Of a DNA stretch of 64,000 nt, positions 45,984 to 54,935 are shown piece by piece (the stretch's first letter is position 1; each line of letters begins with the position of its first letter). Below the pieces are notes generated by a model that had not been told where the DNA came from, ran no database searches, and saw only the letters and a program-made list of their open reading frames with translations. The translations under genes were made by a program, and so were the position numbers. The DNA comes from an uncultured Verrucomicrobiae bacterium (GTDB lineage: Bacteria; Verrucomicrobiota; Verrucomicrobiia; Limisphaerales; UBA11358), in the NCBI GenBank assembly GCA_963830235.1, contig CAWHLR010000026.1, forward strand, positions 4,792 to 68,791, given 5' to 3'.

Positions 45984-47696
45984 ATGAAAATCAAACTCTT
46001 TCAAAAGCGCATTCTTGGGACGGCCATTACGGTTTTGTTTTTGATGGGCGTCGGTTCAATTATGAATTCCCCGGCGCAGGAACAATCCGCCCCGCCCTCG
46101 CCGGACAGTTCTGTGGAATCCGGCGCGCTGCCGGCGGATATTCTGCCCGCCAGCCCGCTGGCCCAGGTCATCCGGCTGATGCAGGCCGGCGTGAATGAAG
46201 GCGTCATCATGACTTTCGTCACGAATTCCACCAGCACGTTTAATCTTAACCTGGACAAAATCATTTATTTGAAGGACATCGGCCTGCCGGATGAAATCGT
46301 CACCGCCATGATGCAGCGCGACCAGCAGTTGCAGCAGCAAATGACGGCGACGACGTATCCGCCGCCGGCTCAACCCGCTCCCGCAACGACCGATCAGCCG
46401 GAAACCGCGCCGGCGCCGCAGCCGGTGGAACAGCCGGCGGAGGTTACCGTGAATTATTTTTATGACAACCTGACGCCGTATGGCACCTGGGTGGACGTGG
46501 ACGGGTATGGCCGTTGCTGGCGGCCCAGCGTGGTGGTTTACAATCCCAACTGGCAGCCGTATTGCGATCATGGGCACTGGGTCTATACCGATCGCGGCTG
46601 GTATTGGTTCTCGGATTATTCCTGGGGCTGGGCGCCATTTCATTATGGCCGCTGGTTCCGAAATCCGCGCTGGGGCTGGTGCTGGGCGCCGGACACCGTC
46701 TGGGGTCCGTCCTGGGTGACCTGGCGGTACTCCGACACTTACTGCGGCTGGGCGCCGCTGCCGCCGCATGCGGTGTATCGCGAAGGCGTGGGATTCTTTT
46801 ATAACGGGGTTGCCGTCGGCGTTGGATTTGATTTCGGCCTGAGTTGGAATTGTTTCGCGTTTGTGCCGATTGGACATTTTTGTGATCCGCGCCCGTACCG
46901 CTACCGCGTCGCTGTCACGCAGGTAACGCAGATTTATAATCACACCACGGTCATCAACAACTTCAATGTTCATGATCATAACTTTGTCAACCATGGGATT
47001 GATCCGGAACGCATCACCGCTGTTACCCGACAACCCATTCATCCCGTCTCCATCCGGGATAGCGGCTCGCCGTTCGAACGCGGCCAGCGCGGCGATCAAC
47101 TCAGTCACGACGGCAGCACCCTGGTCGTGCATCGCCCTCTGCCGCCGGGGTCTCCGGCACAAAACCATTCTTCGCCACCGAACGGCAATCGGCCGGTGAC
47201 TCCCCCACATCAAACGGGACAGCCGCAGATTCCCAATAGCACTCCCCATGGCCCGCAAGACCGCAATGTTTTGCCACCGAACAGCCATCAACCGGTGCAG
47301 CCAACACAGCAGATGAAACCGGCACAAGTTCCTGTCGTCACCACCCGTGACCCGCAGGAACGCAACATGATCTCCGTCCCGGCGCAACACCCGTCACCGC
47401 CGGCTGTGACGGGACCGAACTATGACAACCGGACTTATTCTCCACGAGCGCAGGAACACCAACCGTCGGGAGCATCACGCGGCAACACGCATGACTCCGA
47501 AGCGCCGGTGGTCATACCACCCTCCAACCAGGGTCAATCCGGCGCATCTGAAGCCAGCCGCCACAGCGCGCCCGTTGCGGCGCCAGCTCAACCACAACCG
47601 CAACATAGCCAGTCGTCATCGTCGCCAAGATCGTCGGGACAAAATCAGAATCAAGGCGGCTCCGGCGACAATTCGGGCAATGGCTCGAAGCATTGA
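45984..47696 (+). CDS. secreted protein with a Trp/Gly-rich repeat core and a Pro/Gln-rich tail
   Basis: Signal peptide MKIKLFQKRILGTAITVLFLMGVG and repeated W-x-x-G-W / YxWGW-type motifs (YSWGWAPFHYGRWF, RWGWCWAPDTVWGPSWVTW). Confidence 0.7.
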   Translation: MKIKLFQKRILGTAITVLFLMGVGSIMNSPAQEQSAPPSPDSSVESGALPADILPASPLAQVIRLMQAGVNEGVIMTFVTNSTSTFNLNLDKIIYLKDIGLPDEIVTAMMQRDQQLQQQMTATTYPPPAQPAPATTDQPETAPAPQPVEQPAEVTVNYFYDNLTPYGTWVDVDGYGRCWRPSVVVYNPNWQPYCDHGHWVYTDRGWYWFSDYSWGWAPFHYGRWFRNPRWGWCWAPDTVWGPSWVTWRYSDTYCGWAPLPPHAVYREGVGFFYNGVAVGVGFDFGLSWNCFAFVPIGHFCDPRPYRYRVAVTQVTQIYNHTTVINNFNVHDHNFVNHGIDPERITAVTRQPIHPVSIRDSGSPFERGQRGDQLSHDGSTLVVHRPLPPGSPAQNHSSPPNGNRPVTPPHQTGQPQIPNSTPHGPQDRNVLPPNSHQPVQPTQQMKPAQVPVVTTRDPQERNMISVPAQHPSPPAVTGPNYDNRTYSPRAQEHQPSGASRGNTHDSEAPVVIPPSNQGQSGASEASRHSAPVAAPAQPQPQHSQSSSSPRSSGQNQNQGGSGDNSGNGSKH

Positions 47697-47821
47697 CCAG
47701 TTGCTGGCTTTATTTGTCAAACGCCGTGGCGTGCCGGTCGCGCCCGGCGTTTTTCCTTTTGCAACACCTCCGCCGCTGGCAAAATCCGCCGGTGAGCATC
47801 ACGCGGCGGCAATTTGAACAA

Positions 47822-48403
47822 ATGCAGGAACGCCTCGGCGGCGCTTCCCCGCGCGCGGTTTCGCCGGTTTTCACATCGGCCTTGCGCGCCGCGCCCAATG
47901 CTCATCGCGTCATTCTCGGCGTGGACCCGTCGCTGCGCGGCACCGGCTTCGGCATCATCAAACTGGCAAAACCGCATCCCGAAACGTTAACCCACGGCAC
48001 GATTTCCTGCCCGGCCGGGTGGGAATGCTCGCGCTGCCTCGTAAAAATTTCCCAAATCCTGCGCGAAGCCATCCAAAAACATGGCCCGACGGTATGTGTC
48101 ATCGAGGGCCTTTTTTACGCGCAAAATTTGCAAACCGCGCTCATCATGGGCGAGGCGCGCGGCGCGGCGATGGCAGCCGTTGCCGAGGCCGGCCTGGAAA
48201 TTTTTGAAATCGCCCCGCGCAAGGTGAAACAAGCCGTGGTCGGCTACGGCGCGGCGCAAAAGTCTGCTGTCGCCAAAATGGTCCAGCGGATGTTGAATCT
48301 GCCCAAGCCGCCCGCGCCCGACGCGGCGGATGCGCTGGCGCTGGCGCTGGCGCACGCGCAGGGAACCAGCCGGTACAATTTGACGCCGGCGAAGACAATT
48401 TAG
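47822..48403 (+). CDS. ruvC: crossover junction endodeoxyribonuclease (start uncertain)
   Basis: ILGVDPSLRGTGFGII...VIEGLFYAQNLQTALIMGEARG...PDAADALALALAH. Confidence 0.85.
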   Translation: MQERLGGASPRAVSPVFTSALRAAPNAHRVILGVDPSLRGTGFGIIKLAKPHPETLTHGTISCPAGWECSRCLVKISQILREAIQKHGPTVCVIEGLFYAQNLQTALIMGEARGAAMAAVAEAGLEIFEIAPRKVKQAVVGYGAAQKSAVAKMVQRMLNLPKPPAPDAADALALALAHAQGTSRYNLTPAKTI

Positions 48404-48407
48404 ATTT

Positions 48408-48638
48408 ATGGAATTTCGTTGTCCATATTGCGACGCGCCAATTTACAGCCGCAAAAATAAAATTTGCGGCGTGTGCGAGAAGCCTTTGCCCAAAGAATTG
48501 CTTTTGTCTGATGAACAGATCGCCGCTTTAAAAAAAGAAACGGATGCGGAAGAAAAAGAGTTGAAACAATTTAAACAACAGATGGACGATGTCGGCCCAC
48601 ACGATGCCCACGGGGGCATCGGTGGTATCGCACGTTAA
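48408..48638 (+). CDS. small zinc-ribbon protein
   Basis: CPYC...CGVC pair in 76 aa with an acidic/coiled tail. AT-richer than its neighbours. Confidence 0.5.
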   Translation: MEFRCPYCDAPIYSRKNKICGVCEKPLPKELLLSDEQIAALKKETDAEEKELKQFKQQMDDVGPHDAHGGIGGIAR

Positions 48639-48643
48639 TAACC

Positions 48644-49249
48644 ATGATCACATTTCTCCACGGCAAACTCGTCGAGGCGCTGCCCACGCAGGTGGTGGTG
48701 GATGTCAACGGCGTCGGCTACGAGGCGCTCATTCCGCTGTCGTCGTTTGACAAGCTGCCGCAGCCGGGCGAGACAGTGAAGCTGCTCACGCAACTGGTCG
48801 TCCGCGAGGACGCGCACATTCTTTACGGCTTCGCGAGCGCGGCGGAACGCGATTTGTTCCGCCTGCTCGTTAACAGCGTCAGCGGCATCGGACCGAAGAC
48901 GGCGCTGAACATTTTGAGCGGCATCAGCGTGACGGCGTTTCGCGGCGCGGTGGCCGGCGGCGATGTGAAAGCACTCTCGCAAATATCCGGCGTCGGCAAA
49001 AAAACCGCCGAGCGCATCATTGTTGAACTGCGTGATAAAATCGGCGCGGCGGGAGCCTGGGAGGCGACGAGCGCGCAGCGGGCGTTGTCGCCGGACGACC
49101 AAAAGGTCAACGACGCCGTGCTGGCCCTGATGGCGCTCGGTTACAAACAGATTGACGCGCACGACGCCGTTCGCACCGCCCAGGCCATGCTCGGCGCGAA
49201 GGCGACGGTCGAAGACTTGGTGCGCGCGTGCCTGAAAAAAGGAGCGTGA
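48644..49249 (+). CDS. ruvA: Holliday junction DNA helicase subunit A
   Basis: MITFLHGKLVE...VVVDVNGVGYE...GIGPKTALNILSG...GVGKKTAERII. Confidence 0.9.
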   Translation: MITFLHGKLVEALPTQVVVDVNGVGYEALIPLSSFDKLPQPGETVKLLTQLVVREDAHILYGFASAAERDLFRLLVNSVSGIGPKTALNILSGISVTAFRGAVAGGDVKALSQISGVGKKTAERIIVELRDKIGAAGAWEATSAQRALSPDDQKVNDAVLALMALGYKQIDAHDAVRTAQAMLGAKATVEDLVRACLKKGA

Positions 49250-49974
49250 TGGCTGAAGCGAGTTCATCACCGGAAAAAACGGGCCCGCCGGCCAGGAAAA
49301 GAAAATCCGGCGTGATTGTGCCGCACCAGGCGAAGTGGCATCAACGCATCGGCGCGTTTTTGGTGTTCATTTCGTTGCGCACGCTCATGGCCACAGTGCG
49401 CTGCCGTCTGCGCAACCCCTCGGAATTCCTGGCGCCCAACGCCCCCGGCCCGGTGATTGTTTGTTTCTGGCACAACCGGCTGGCGTCCTGCATCAAAGTT
49501 TATGAGAGCTTTCGCAAGCCGCACGCGTCCACCAGGGGCATGGCGGCGCTGATCAGCGCCAGCCGGGACGGCGCGTTTCTCACGGGCATTCTGGAATGGT
49601 TTGGCGTGCAGGCGGTGCGCGGATCCAGCAGCCGGCGCGGCCCGCAGGCGTTGCTCGAACTCACCACCTGGGCCGAGCGCAACTATGACCTGACCATCAC
49701 GCCGGACGGCCCGCGGGGGCCGTGCTACCAGTTTCAGGAGGGCGTGATGTCGCTGGCACAGGTAACGGGTTTGCCGGTGATGCCGATTGCGTTCAACGTG
49801 AATTGGAAACTGCGCGTGAAAAGCTGGGACCGGTTTCAGATTCCGCTGCCCTTTGCCTGTTGTGAAGTCGTCGTCGGCAAGGTCATGCGCGTGCCAGCCG
49901 AAGCCACGGACGCCGAACGCGAGTCGCTGCGTCAACAGCTTGAAGCCGACCTGCGCGCCATTTCCGGCGATTGA
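49249..49974 (+). CDS. DUF374-type lysophospholipid acyltransferase family protein
   Basis: CFWHNRL...ISASRDGAFLTGILEWFGVQAVRGSSSRRG...ITPDGPRGP. Confidence 0.7.
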   Translation: MAEASSSPEKTGPPARKRKSGVIVPHQAKWHQRIGAFLVFISLRTLMATVRCRLRNPSEFLAPNAPGPVIVCFWHNRLASCIKVYESFRKPHASTRGMAALISASRDGAFLTGILEWFGVQAVRGSSSRRGPQALLELTTWAERNYDLTITPDGPRGPCYQFQEGVMSLAQVTGLPVMPIAFNVNWKLRVKSWDRFQIPLPFACCEVVVGKVMRVPAEATDAERESLRQQLEADLRAISGD

Positions 49975-50001
49975 AATTCGGAGGGGCGTCACGGTTCTTG
50001 A

Positions 50002-50033
50002 CACTCAACTTCCAACCCTCAACCCTCAACTCC
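50002..50033. repeat. CTCAACC-type heptamer array just upstream of the priA start
   Basis: cactcaacttccaaccctcaaccctcaactcc, preceded by TTGACA at 49998-50003. Confidence 0.6.
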
Positions 50034-50035
50034 GC

Positions 50036-52978
50036 ATGATTGCCCGCGTCAGTCTTGAAATCGCGCTCCGCAAGGAGTTCGATTATTTGATTCCGCCCGG
50101 ATTGGCGGGGCAAATCGAGGTGGGCAGCCGCGTGCAGGTGCCGTTCGGCCCGCGAAAAATTTTAGGCTGCGTCACCGCGCTCGCCGAGGAATCGGCTCAC
50201 ACCAATCTCAAACCCATTTTGAAAGTCATCGGGGCGCAGACGCTTGTCACGCCGAAGGTTCTGAAGCTTGCGCGCTGGATTGCCGAGTACTACTGCTGCG
50301 CACCGGAAACCGCGTTGAAATCCGTCTTGCCCGAGGCCGTGCGCAAGGAGGAATCCGGCTGGCGCGAGCGGCTGTTTGTCCGCGCGCTGCCGGTGAGCGG
50401 CGAATTTCCGAAGCTGCCGAAACGCCAGCAGGAAGTCTGGAACATCATCGAGGAGCGACGCGAGCTGCCATTGTCGGAACTGGTCGAACTGGCCGAAACC
50501 ACCGCCGCCACCATCCGCAAACTCGAAGACCGCGGACTGCTTGAGGTCGCCCCGCAAATTTCCGAACGCGATCCGTACGCCCGCGAACACATCCTGCCGT
50601 CGCAACCGCTCCCGTTGAACCCGGCACAGGCTGCCGCGCTGGAGAAGATTGAGACGGCTATGAATGGCCGTTGTAGCACCCGCGTCCCGCGGGTGGAGGC
50701 GGGCGTCGCGCCCGCCTCTCGTCCGACAGTCAAGCCCGGCCCGATATGGGAAACCACCGCCCGCAAACGCAGCCTGCCGCATTTTGAAATTCCGGGTTTT
50801 ACCTATCACGTCACCTGGCAAACGCAGGACAAACTGATTCTTTCGCCCGAAGCCCGCGCAAAGACTTTGGAAGCCTGCCATTTCTGGCACGGGAACAAAA
50901 TCAAATGTTACGCCGCGTGTGTAATGCCCGACCATGTTCATTTGCTGATTCAACCTTTGCCGGTTCAGGAAGCCGGGAAAGAAGGCGTTCATCCGCTCTC
51001 GGAAATTCTTCACAGCATCAAATCATTTTCCGCCCATGAGGTGAACAAGGCCATGAAACGCAGCGGTCCGGTCTGGATGGATGAATCGTTTGACCGGATG
51101 ATCCGTTCGGAGGCCGACTTGCACAAGACGTGGGATTACATCTGGAACAATCCGCGCAGGATTGGATTGGTTGGACCAATGGAGGAATATCCTTACCTTT
51201 GGACGCCAACCGCACCCGACACACCCCAAGGTGTCCGGCGCGACGCCGGACACGACCCGCGGGACGCGGGTGCTACACCACAGACATCGGACGGCGCAAA
51301 GTCATCTCAAGTTTTCCTGCTTCATGGAGTGACCGGCAGCGGCAAAACCGAGGTTTATCTGCAAGCCCTCGCCCACGCGCTCGAACAGGGCAAGGGCGCC
51401 ATTGTGCTTGTGCCGGAGATTTCGCTCACGCCGCAGACCGTCGAGCGGTTTAAAGCACGTTTCAGCTCCGGCAAACTCCAGACGCTTGTTGCCGTGCTGC
51501 ACAGCCACCTGTCCGCCGGCGAACGTCACGATGAATGGCACAAAATCCGCCAGGGCCGCGCACGCATCGTCATCGGCGCGCGCTCGGCGATTTTTGCGCC
51601 GGTTGAACCGCTCGGCCTCATCATCGTGGACGAGGAACACGAGCACTCTTACAAGCAGGAGGAGGCGCCGCGCTACCACGCCCGCGACGTGGCCATCATG
51701 CGTGGCCAGATGGAAAACGCCGTCGTCGTGCTCGGTTCGGCCACGCCGTCGCTGGAAAGTTATTACAATTGCAAGAAGGGCAAATTCACGCTGCTCGAAC
51801 TGCCGGAGCGCGTGGACGACCAGAAAATGCCGCACGTCCGGGTCGTGGACATGCGGCAAGCCGCGTCCCAGCAGCGCGGAAAGGAAGGCATCCCGATTTT
51901 TTCGCCGCAACTCAAGGAAGCCATCACCCAGCGGCTCGAACGCGGCGAGCAGACGATTTTGTTTTTGAACCGGCGCGGTTATTCGACGTCGCTGCAATGC
52001 CCGAAGTGCGGCGAGGTTGTTCAGTGTCCGAATTGCAGCCTCGCGCTCACGTTTCACCGGCAGGAACAAAAGCTCGCCTGTCACATCTGCGGCCACGTCG
52101 CGCCCGTGCCGTCGGTTTGCCCAAATGCGAAATGCAAAAACCCGGCGATCCGTTTTGCCGGCACGGGCACGCAGCGGGTCGAGGAAACGCTTGCCAAGCT
52201 TTTCCCGCAGGCGCGCATCAAGCGCATGGACGCCGACACGATGAAACGCAAGGACGATTACCGGAAGGTGCTCGGCGATTTCCGCACGGGCAAAACCGAC
52301 ATCCTCGTCGGCACACAGATGATCGCCAAGGGGCTGCATTTCCCGAACGTCACGCTCGTCGGCATCATTTACGCCGACCTCGCGCTGCATCAGCCGGATT
52401 TTCGCGCGGGCGAACGGACCTTCCAACTGCTCACGCAAGTCGCCGGACGGGCCGGGCGCGGGGATGTCGAGGGCGAGGTGTTCGTGCAGGCATTCGCGCC
52501 ATTTCATCCGGCGATTCAATATGCGCGCCGCCACGACTTCACCGGCTTTTATGAACAGGAAATTGAATTCCGCGAGCAACTGAAATATCCGCCCGTCAGC
52601 CGCGTGGCGTTGCTCACGCTCAAGGGCCGCAACGAAGACAAGGTGAAATTTAGCGCCGAACACCTGAAACGGGAGCTGGAGAAAAATCTTGTGGCGGCGG
52701 TCTGTGACCGCCGCCAATCAGATGAAAAGAATGCAACTGCAAAAAACAAGGATAGTGCGGCGGTCACAGACCGCCGCTACAGCTTCGGTGATTTAATCAT
52801 CGCCGGTCCGGCGCCGGCGCCGTTGCTGCGCGCGGAAACTTTTTATCGGTACCAGATCATGCTGCGGACGCGCGCGATGAGCAAATTGAGCCAGGCCCTG
52901 GCAAAAATCATTGGGACGCTTGCCCTACCGGATGACGTGACCCTGGCGGTGGACATTGACCCGGTTAATTTGGGGTAG
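50036..52978 (+). CDS. priA: primosomal protein N' (replication restart helicase) carrying two in-frame insertions
   Basis: N-terminal ARVSLEIALRKEFDYLIP...VQVPFGPRKILG, Walker A HGVTGSGKTEVY, DEEH box IIVDEEHE, and the Cys cluster CPKCGEVVQCPNCSLALTFH...CHICGH. Confidence 0.9.
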   Translation: MIARVSLEIALRKEFDYLIPPGLAGQIEVGSRVQVPFGPRKILGCVTALAEESAHTNLKPILKVIGAQTLVTPKVLKLARWIAEYYCCAPETALKSVLPEAVRKEESGWRERLFVRALPVSGEFPKLPKRQQEVWNIIEERRELPLSELVELAETTAATIRKLEDRGLLEVAPQISERDPYAREHILPSQPLPLNPAQAAALEKIETAMNGRCSTRVPRVEAGVAPASRPTVKPGPIWETTARKRSLPHFEIPGFTYHVTWQTQDKLILSPEARAKTLEACHFWHGNKIKCYAACVMPDHVHLLIQPLPVQEAGKEGVHPLSEILHSIKSFSAHEVNKAMKRSGPVWMDESFDRMIRSEADLHKTWDYIWNNPRRIGLVGPMEEYPYLWTPTAPDTPQGVRRDAGHDPRDAGATPQTSDGAKSSQVFLLHGVTGSGKTEVYLQALAHALEQGKGAIVLVPEISLTPQTVERFKARFSSGKLQTLVAVLHSHLSAGERHDEWHKIRQGRARIVIGARSAIFAPVEPLGLIIVDEEHEHSYKQEEAPRYHARDVAIMRGQMENAVVVLGSATPSLESYYNCKKGKFTLLELPERVDDQKMPHVRVVDMRQAASQQRGKEGIPIFSPQLKEAITQRLERGEQTILFLNRRGYSTSLQCPKCGEVVQCPNCSLALTFHRQEQKLACHICGHVAPVPSVCPNAKCKNPAIRFAGTGTQRVEETLAKLFPQARIKRMDADTMKRKDDYRKVLGDFRTGKTDILVGTQMIAKGLHFPNVTLVGIIYADLALHQPDFRAGERTFQLLTQVAGRAGRGDVEGEVFVQAFAPFHPAIQYARRHDFTGFYEQEIEFREQLKYPPVSRVALLTLKGRNEDKVKFSAEHLKRELEKNLVAAVCDRRQSDEKNATAKNKDSAAVTDRRYSFGDLIIAGPAPAPLLRAETFYRYQIMLRTRAMSKLSQALAKIIGTLALPDDVTLAVDIDPVNLG
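50673..51276 (+). mobile_element. RAYT-like Y1/HUH transposase module with inverted GTAG-REP flanks, embedded in-frame in priA
   Basis: GTAGCACCCGCGTCCCGCGGGTG (50673-50695) faces ACCCGCGGGACGCGGGTGCTAC (51255-51276). Inner hairpins sit at 50696-50718 and 51231-51253. The segment encodes PDHVHLLIQP and WDYIWNNPRRIGL. Confidence 0.8.
52691..52780. repeat. REPIN doublet (GCGGCGGTC-TGT-GACCGCCGC family) in-frame inside priA (90 nt)
   Basis: GTGGCGGCGGTCTGTGACCGCCGCC faces GCGGCGGTCACAGACCGCCGCTAC. It is translated as VAAVCDRRQSDEKNATAKNKDSAAVTDRRYS. Confidence 0.85.
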
Positions 52979-53082
52979 CACAGGCCTCCGGCCTGTTGTT
53001 TCGTGCGTCGCGCCCGAAACCGTCGCGGGACGAACGCCTATTTCACATTTGCCCGATTGCCTGCAACCTGTGTCGCCCAACG

Positions 53083-53128
53083 GAATTCGGCGGGACGCCG
53101 AATTCAACCCGCGAGACGCGGGTGCTAC
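53083..53128. repeat. bipartite REP, same family as the priA RAYT flank
   Basis: gaattcggcg-gga-cgccgaattc followed by ACCCGCGAGACGCGGGTGCTAC. It overlaps the 3' end of the gene at 53125-53520. Confidence 0.8.
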
Positions 53129-53520
53129 CGCATAATTTCCGAGGTGCTTGCGTTGCCGGTCAATTTGATTTGAGCGATGCGGCGTTCGTATTCCTCGGCG
53201 CTGACTTCGCGTGGGATCGCGTGGCAAACTTTTTCAAAGCCGGGGAATTTCCAGAGGTTCGGAAAATCGCGGCACTGCTGGGGTTTCACGGATTGCACGG
53301 CGCAGTCGTTGCCCTCCAGGAAAATGCATCCGCCATCCGGCTTTTCCTGCAAGGCCAGGCCGCCGCGATCCCAGCGCAGCCGCGTGAATTGCTGGATGAA
53401 ATCGGATTCGCTCAAGCCCTTGAACGCGGCGAGCCGGGTGATTTCCGCCTCCGTCAAACGCACCTGCCCCGGCCAGCGGCAGCAGGCCGTGCAACGTTGA
53501 CATTCAAGAAAAATCGGCAC
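53125..53520 (-). CDS. YkgJ-family (CxxCxxCC) cysteine-cluster protein
   Basis: CQRCTACCRWPG ... GGCIFLEGNDCAV ... PQQCRDFP. Confidence 0.75.
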   Translation of the reverse strand: MPIFLECQRCTACCRWPGQVRLTEAEITRLAAFKGLSESDFIQQFTRLRWDRGGLALQEKPDGGCIFLEGNDCAVQSVKPQQCRDFPNLWKFPGFEKVCHAIPREVSAEEYERRIAQIKLTGNASTSEIMR

Positions 53521-53537
53521 GCGAACCAGCTTGGCAA

Positions 53538-54095
53538 TTACGCCATTTTAATTCCCCTTTGCCACAGATCGAAGTGATATAGCGCAACGACGACAAGGGG
53601 GTGGCTGATTTTTTCGTCAGCGACGAGTTTCGTCACTTCCGACACCGGCACGAGGCGCGTTGACAGATCCTCGCCGTGATCGAATTCCACGCCGTGCTTC
53701 AAGCGGCAGTTTTCAATCAGCACGGTGTAAGTTTTGTTGCTCAAGATGGCCGGGTTTGACCAGATCTGTCCAAGCAGGCGCGCGTTCCCGCCTTCGTAGC
53801 CGGTCTCCTCGCGCAACTCGCGCACGGCGGTCGCCACCGGGTCGGTCTCGCCCGGGTCCATCATGCCGCCGGGAATTTCGAGTTCCACTGTGTTCGAGCC
53901 GTGGCGGTATTGCTCCACCATCACCAGTTTTTGGTCGGGCGTCACGGCGACGACGTTGACCCAGTTGACGCTTTCAAGGACGTAAAAATCATGTTCCTTG
54001 CCGGTGCGCGGCGAGATTTTTACATCCGAGCGCAGCTTGAAGATGCGGAAATCGCCGACGAGCTTCGAACTGATTTGTTTCCAGGGCTTAACCAT
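53538..54095 (-). CDS. NUDIX hydrolase (ADP-ribose pyrophosphatase-like)
   Basis: Nudix box GGMMDPGETDPVATAVRELREETGY. Confidence 0.85.
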   Translation of the reverse strand: MVKPWKQISSKLVGDFRIFKLRSDVKISPRTGKEHDFYVLESVNWVNVVAVTPDQKLVMVEQYRHGSNTVELEIPGGMMDPGETDPVATAVRELREETGYEGGNARLLGQIWSNPAILSNKTYTVLIENCRLKHGVEFDHGEDLSTRLVPVSEVTKLVADEKISHPLVVVALYHFDLWQRGIKMA

Positions 54096-54166
54096 TTTCG
54101 ATTTATGATTTACGATTTACGCGTCCGGCGTATGGGTCGCGTCAATCGTAAATCTTAAATCGAAAA
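54096..54166. repeat. heptamer-array hairpin, GATTTAC family
   Basis: tttcgatttatgatttacgatttacgc faces gcgtcaatcgtaaatcttaaatcgaaaa. It abuts the NUDIX start codon. Confidence 0.85.
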
Positions 54167-54167
54167 T

Positions 54168-54362
54168 TCAAAGTTCTTTTCCCTGAGCCGCCCAGCCTTG
54201 TTTCATCAGGTTGAGCAGGTGTTGCAACGCTTCCTCGTAGCTGCGTCCCTTTTGTTCGGCAAGCTGGCGGGCGCGCTTGTCCAGTTGTGCGGCCATCTCC
54301 GCGGATTTTTCGGCGGGACAGCCAAGCGCCTCCAGGACTTTGGCCAGTTCGGACGTTTCCAT
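54168..54362 (-). CDS. small helical hypothetical protein
   Basis: 64-aa ORF with coding-like composition and no motif I recognise. Confidence 0.45.
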   Translation of the reverse strand: METSELAKVLEALGCPAEKSAEMAAQLDKRARQLAEQKGRSYEEALQHLLNLMKQGWAAQGKEL

Positions 54363-54369
54363 TTGCTTC

Positions 54370-54427
54370 GTAGCCGCGTTTGTAAAAACGCGGAAAATAG
54401 CGCCGCGCTCTTACGAGACGCGGCTAC
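54370..54427. repeat. REPIN doublet (GTAGCCGCG family)
   Basis: GTAGCCGCGTTTGTAAAAACGCGG faces GCCGCGCTCTTACGAGACGCGGCTAC. Confidence 0.8.
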
Positions 54428-54428
54428 A

Positions 54429-54929
54429 TCATTTGACCGCGTCACGCGGAACGATTTTAATGCTGACGATGCCCATGCGTTTGTCGGGCCGGTCCTGCGG
54501 ATGCGTGGGCGTGGTGCCGATTTTTTCCAAAACGTCATCGCCTTTGATCAGCTTGCCGAACGTGGTGTATTGACGGTCGAGAAATGTCGGGTCGCCGTGG
54601 CAGATGAAAAACTGGCTGCCGGCGGAATCAGGATGGTTGGAGCGCGCCATGGAAATGACGCCGCGCGTGTGCGAACGGTCGTTGAACTCGGCCTTGATGG
54701 TATGGCCCGGCCCGCCCGTGCCCCACATGCTTTCCTTGGCCGGATCCTTGGTCAGCGGGTCGCCGCCTTGAATCATGAATCCCGGAATCACGCGGTGGAA
54801 ACACGTGCCGTCGTAAAAGCCCTTGTTGGCCAGCGTCTTGAAATTCTCGACGGTTTTGGGCGCGACCTCCGGCCAGAATTCGATGACCATTTCGCCTTCG
54901 GTGGTGGTGATGACAGCAACTTCGTTCAT
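54429..54929 (-). CDS. ppiB: cytoplasmic cyclophilin-type peptidyl-prolyl isomerase
   Basis: FHRVIPGFMIQGGDP...SMARSNHPDSAGSQFFI. Confidence 0.9.
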   Translation of the reverse strand: MNEVAVITTTEGEMVIEFWPEVAPKTVENFKTLANKGFYDGTCFHRVIPGFMIQGGDPLTKDPAKESMWGTGGPGHTIKAEFNDRSHTRGVISMARSNHPDSAGSQFFICHGDPTFLDRQYTTFGKLIKGDDVLEKIGTTPTHPQDRPDKRMGIVSIKIVPRDAVK

Positions 54930-54935
54930 AAATAA

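Noticed and set aside
50673-51276. An intein as the explanation for the in-frame insert in priA.
   Set aside because: There is no Cys/Ser/Thr-start or His-Asn-end splicing blocks and no homing-endonuclease motifs. The insert instead has HUH and Tyr transposase motifs and inverted REP flanks.
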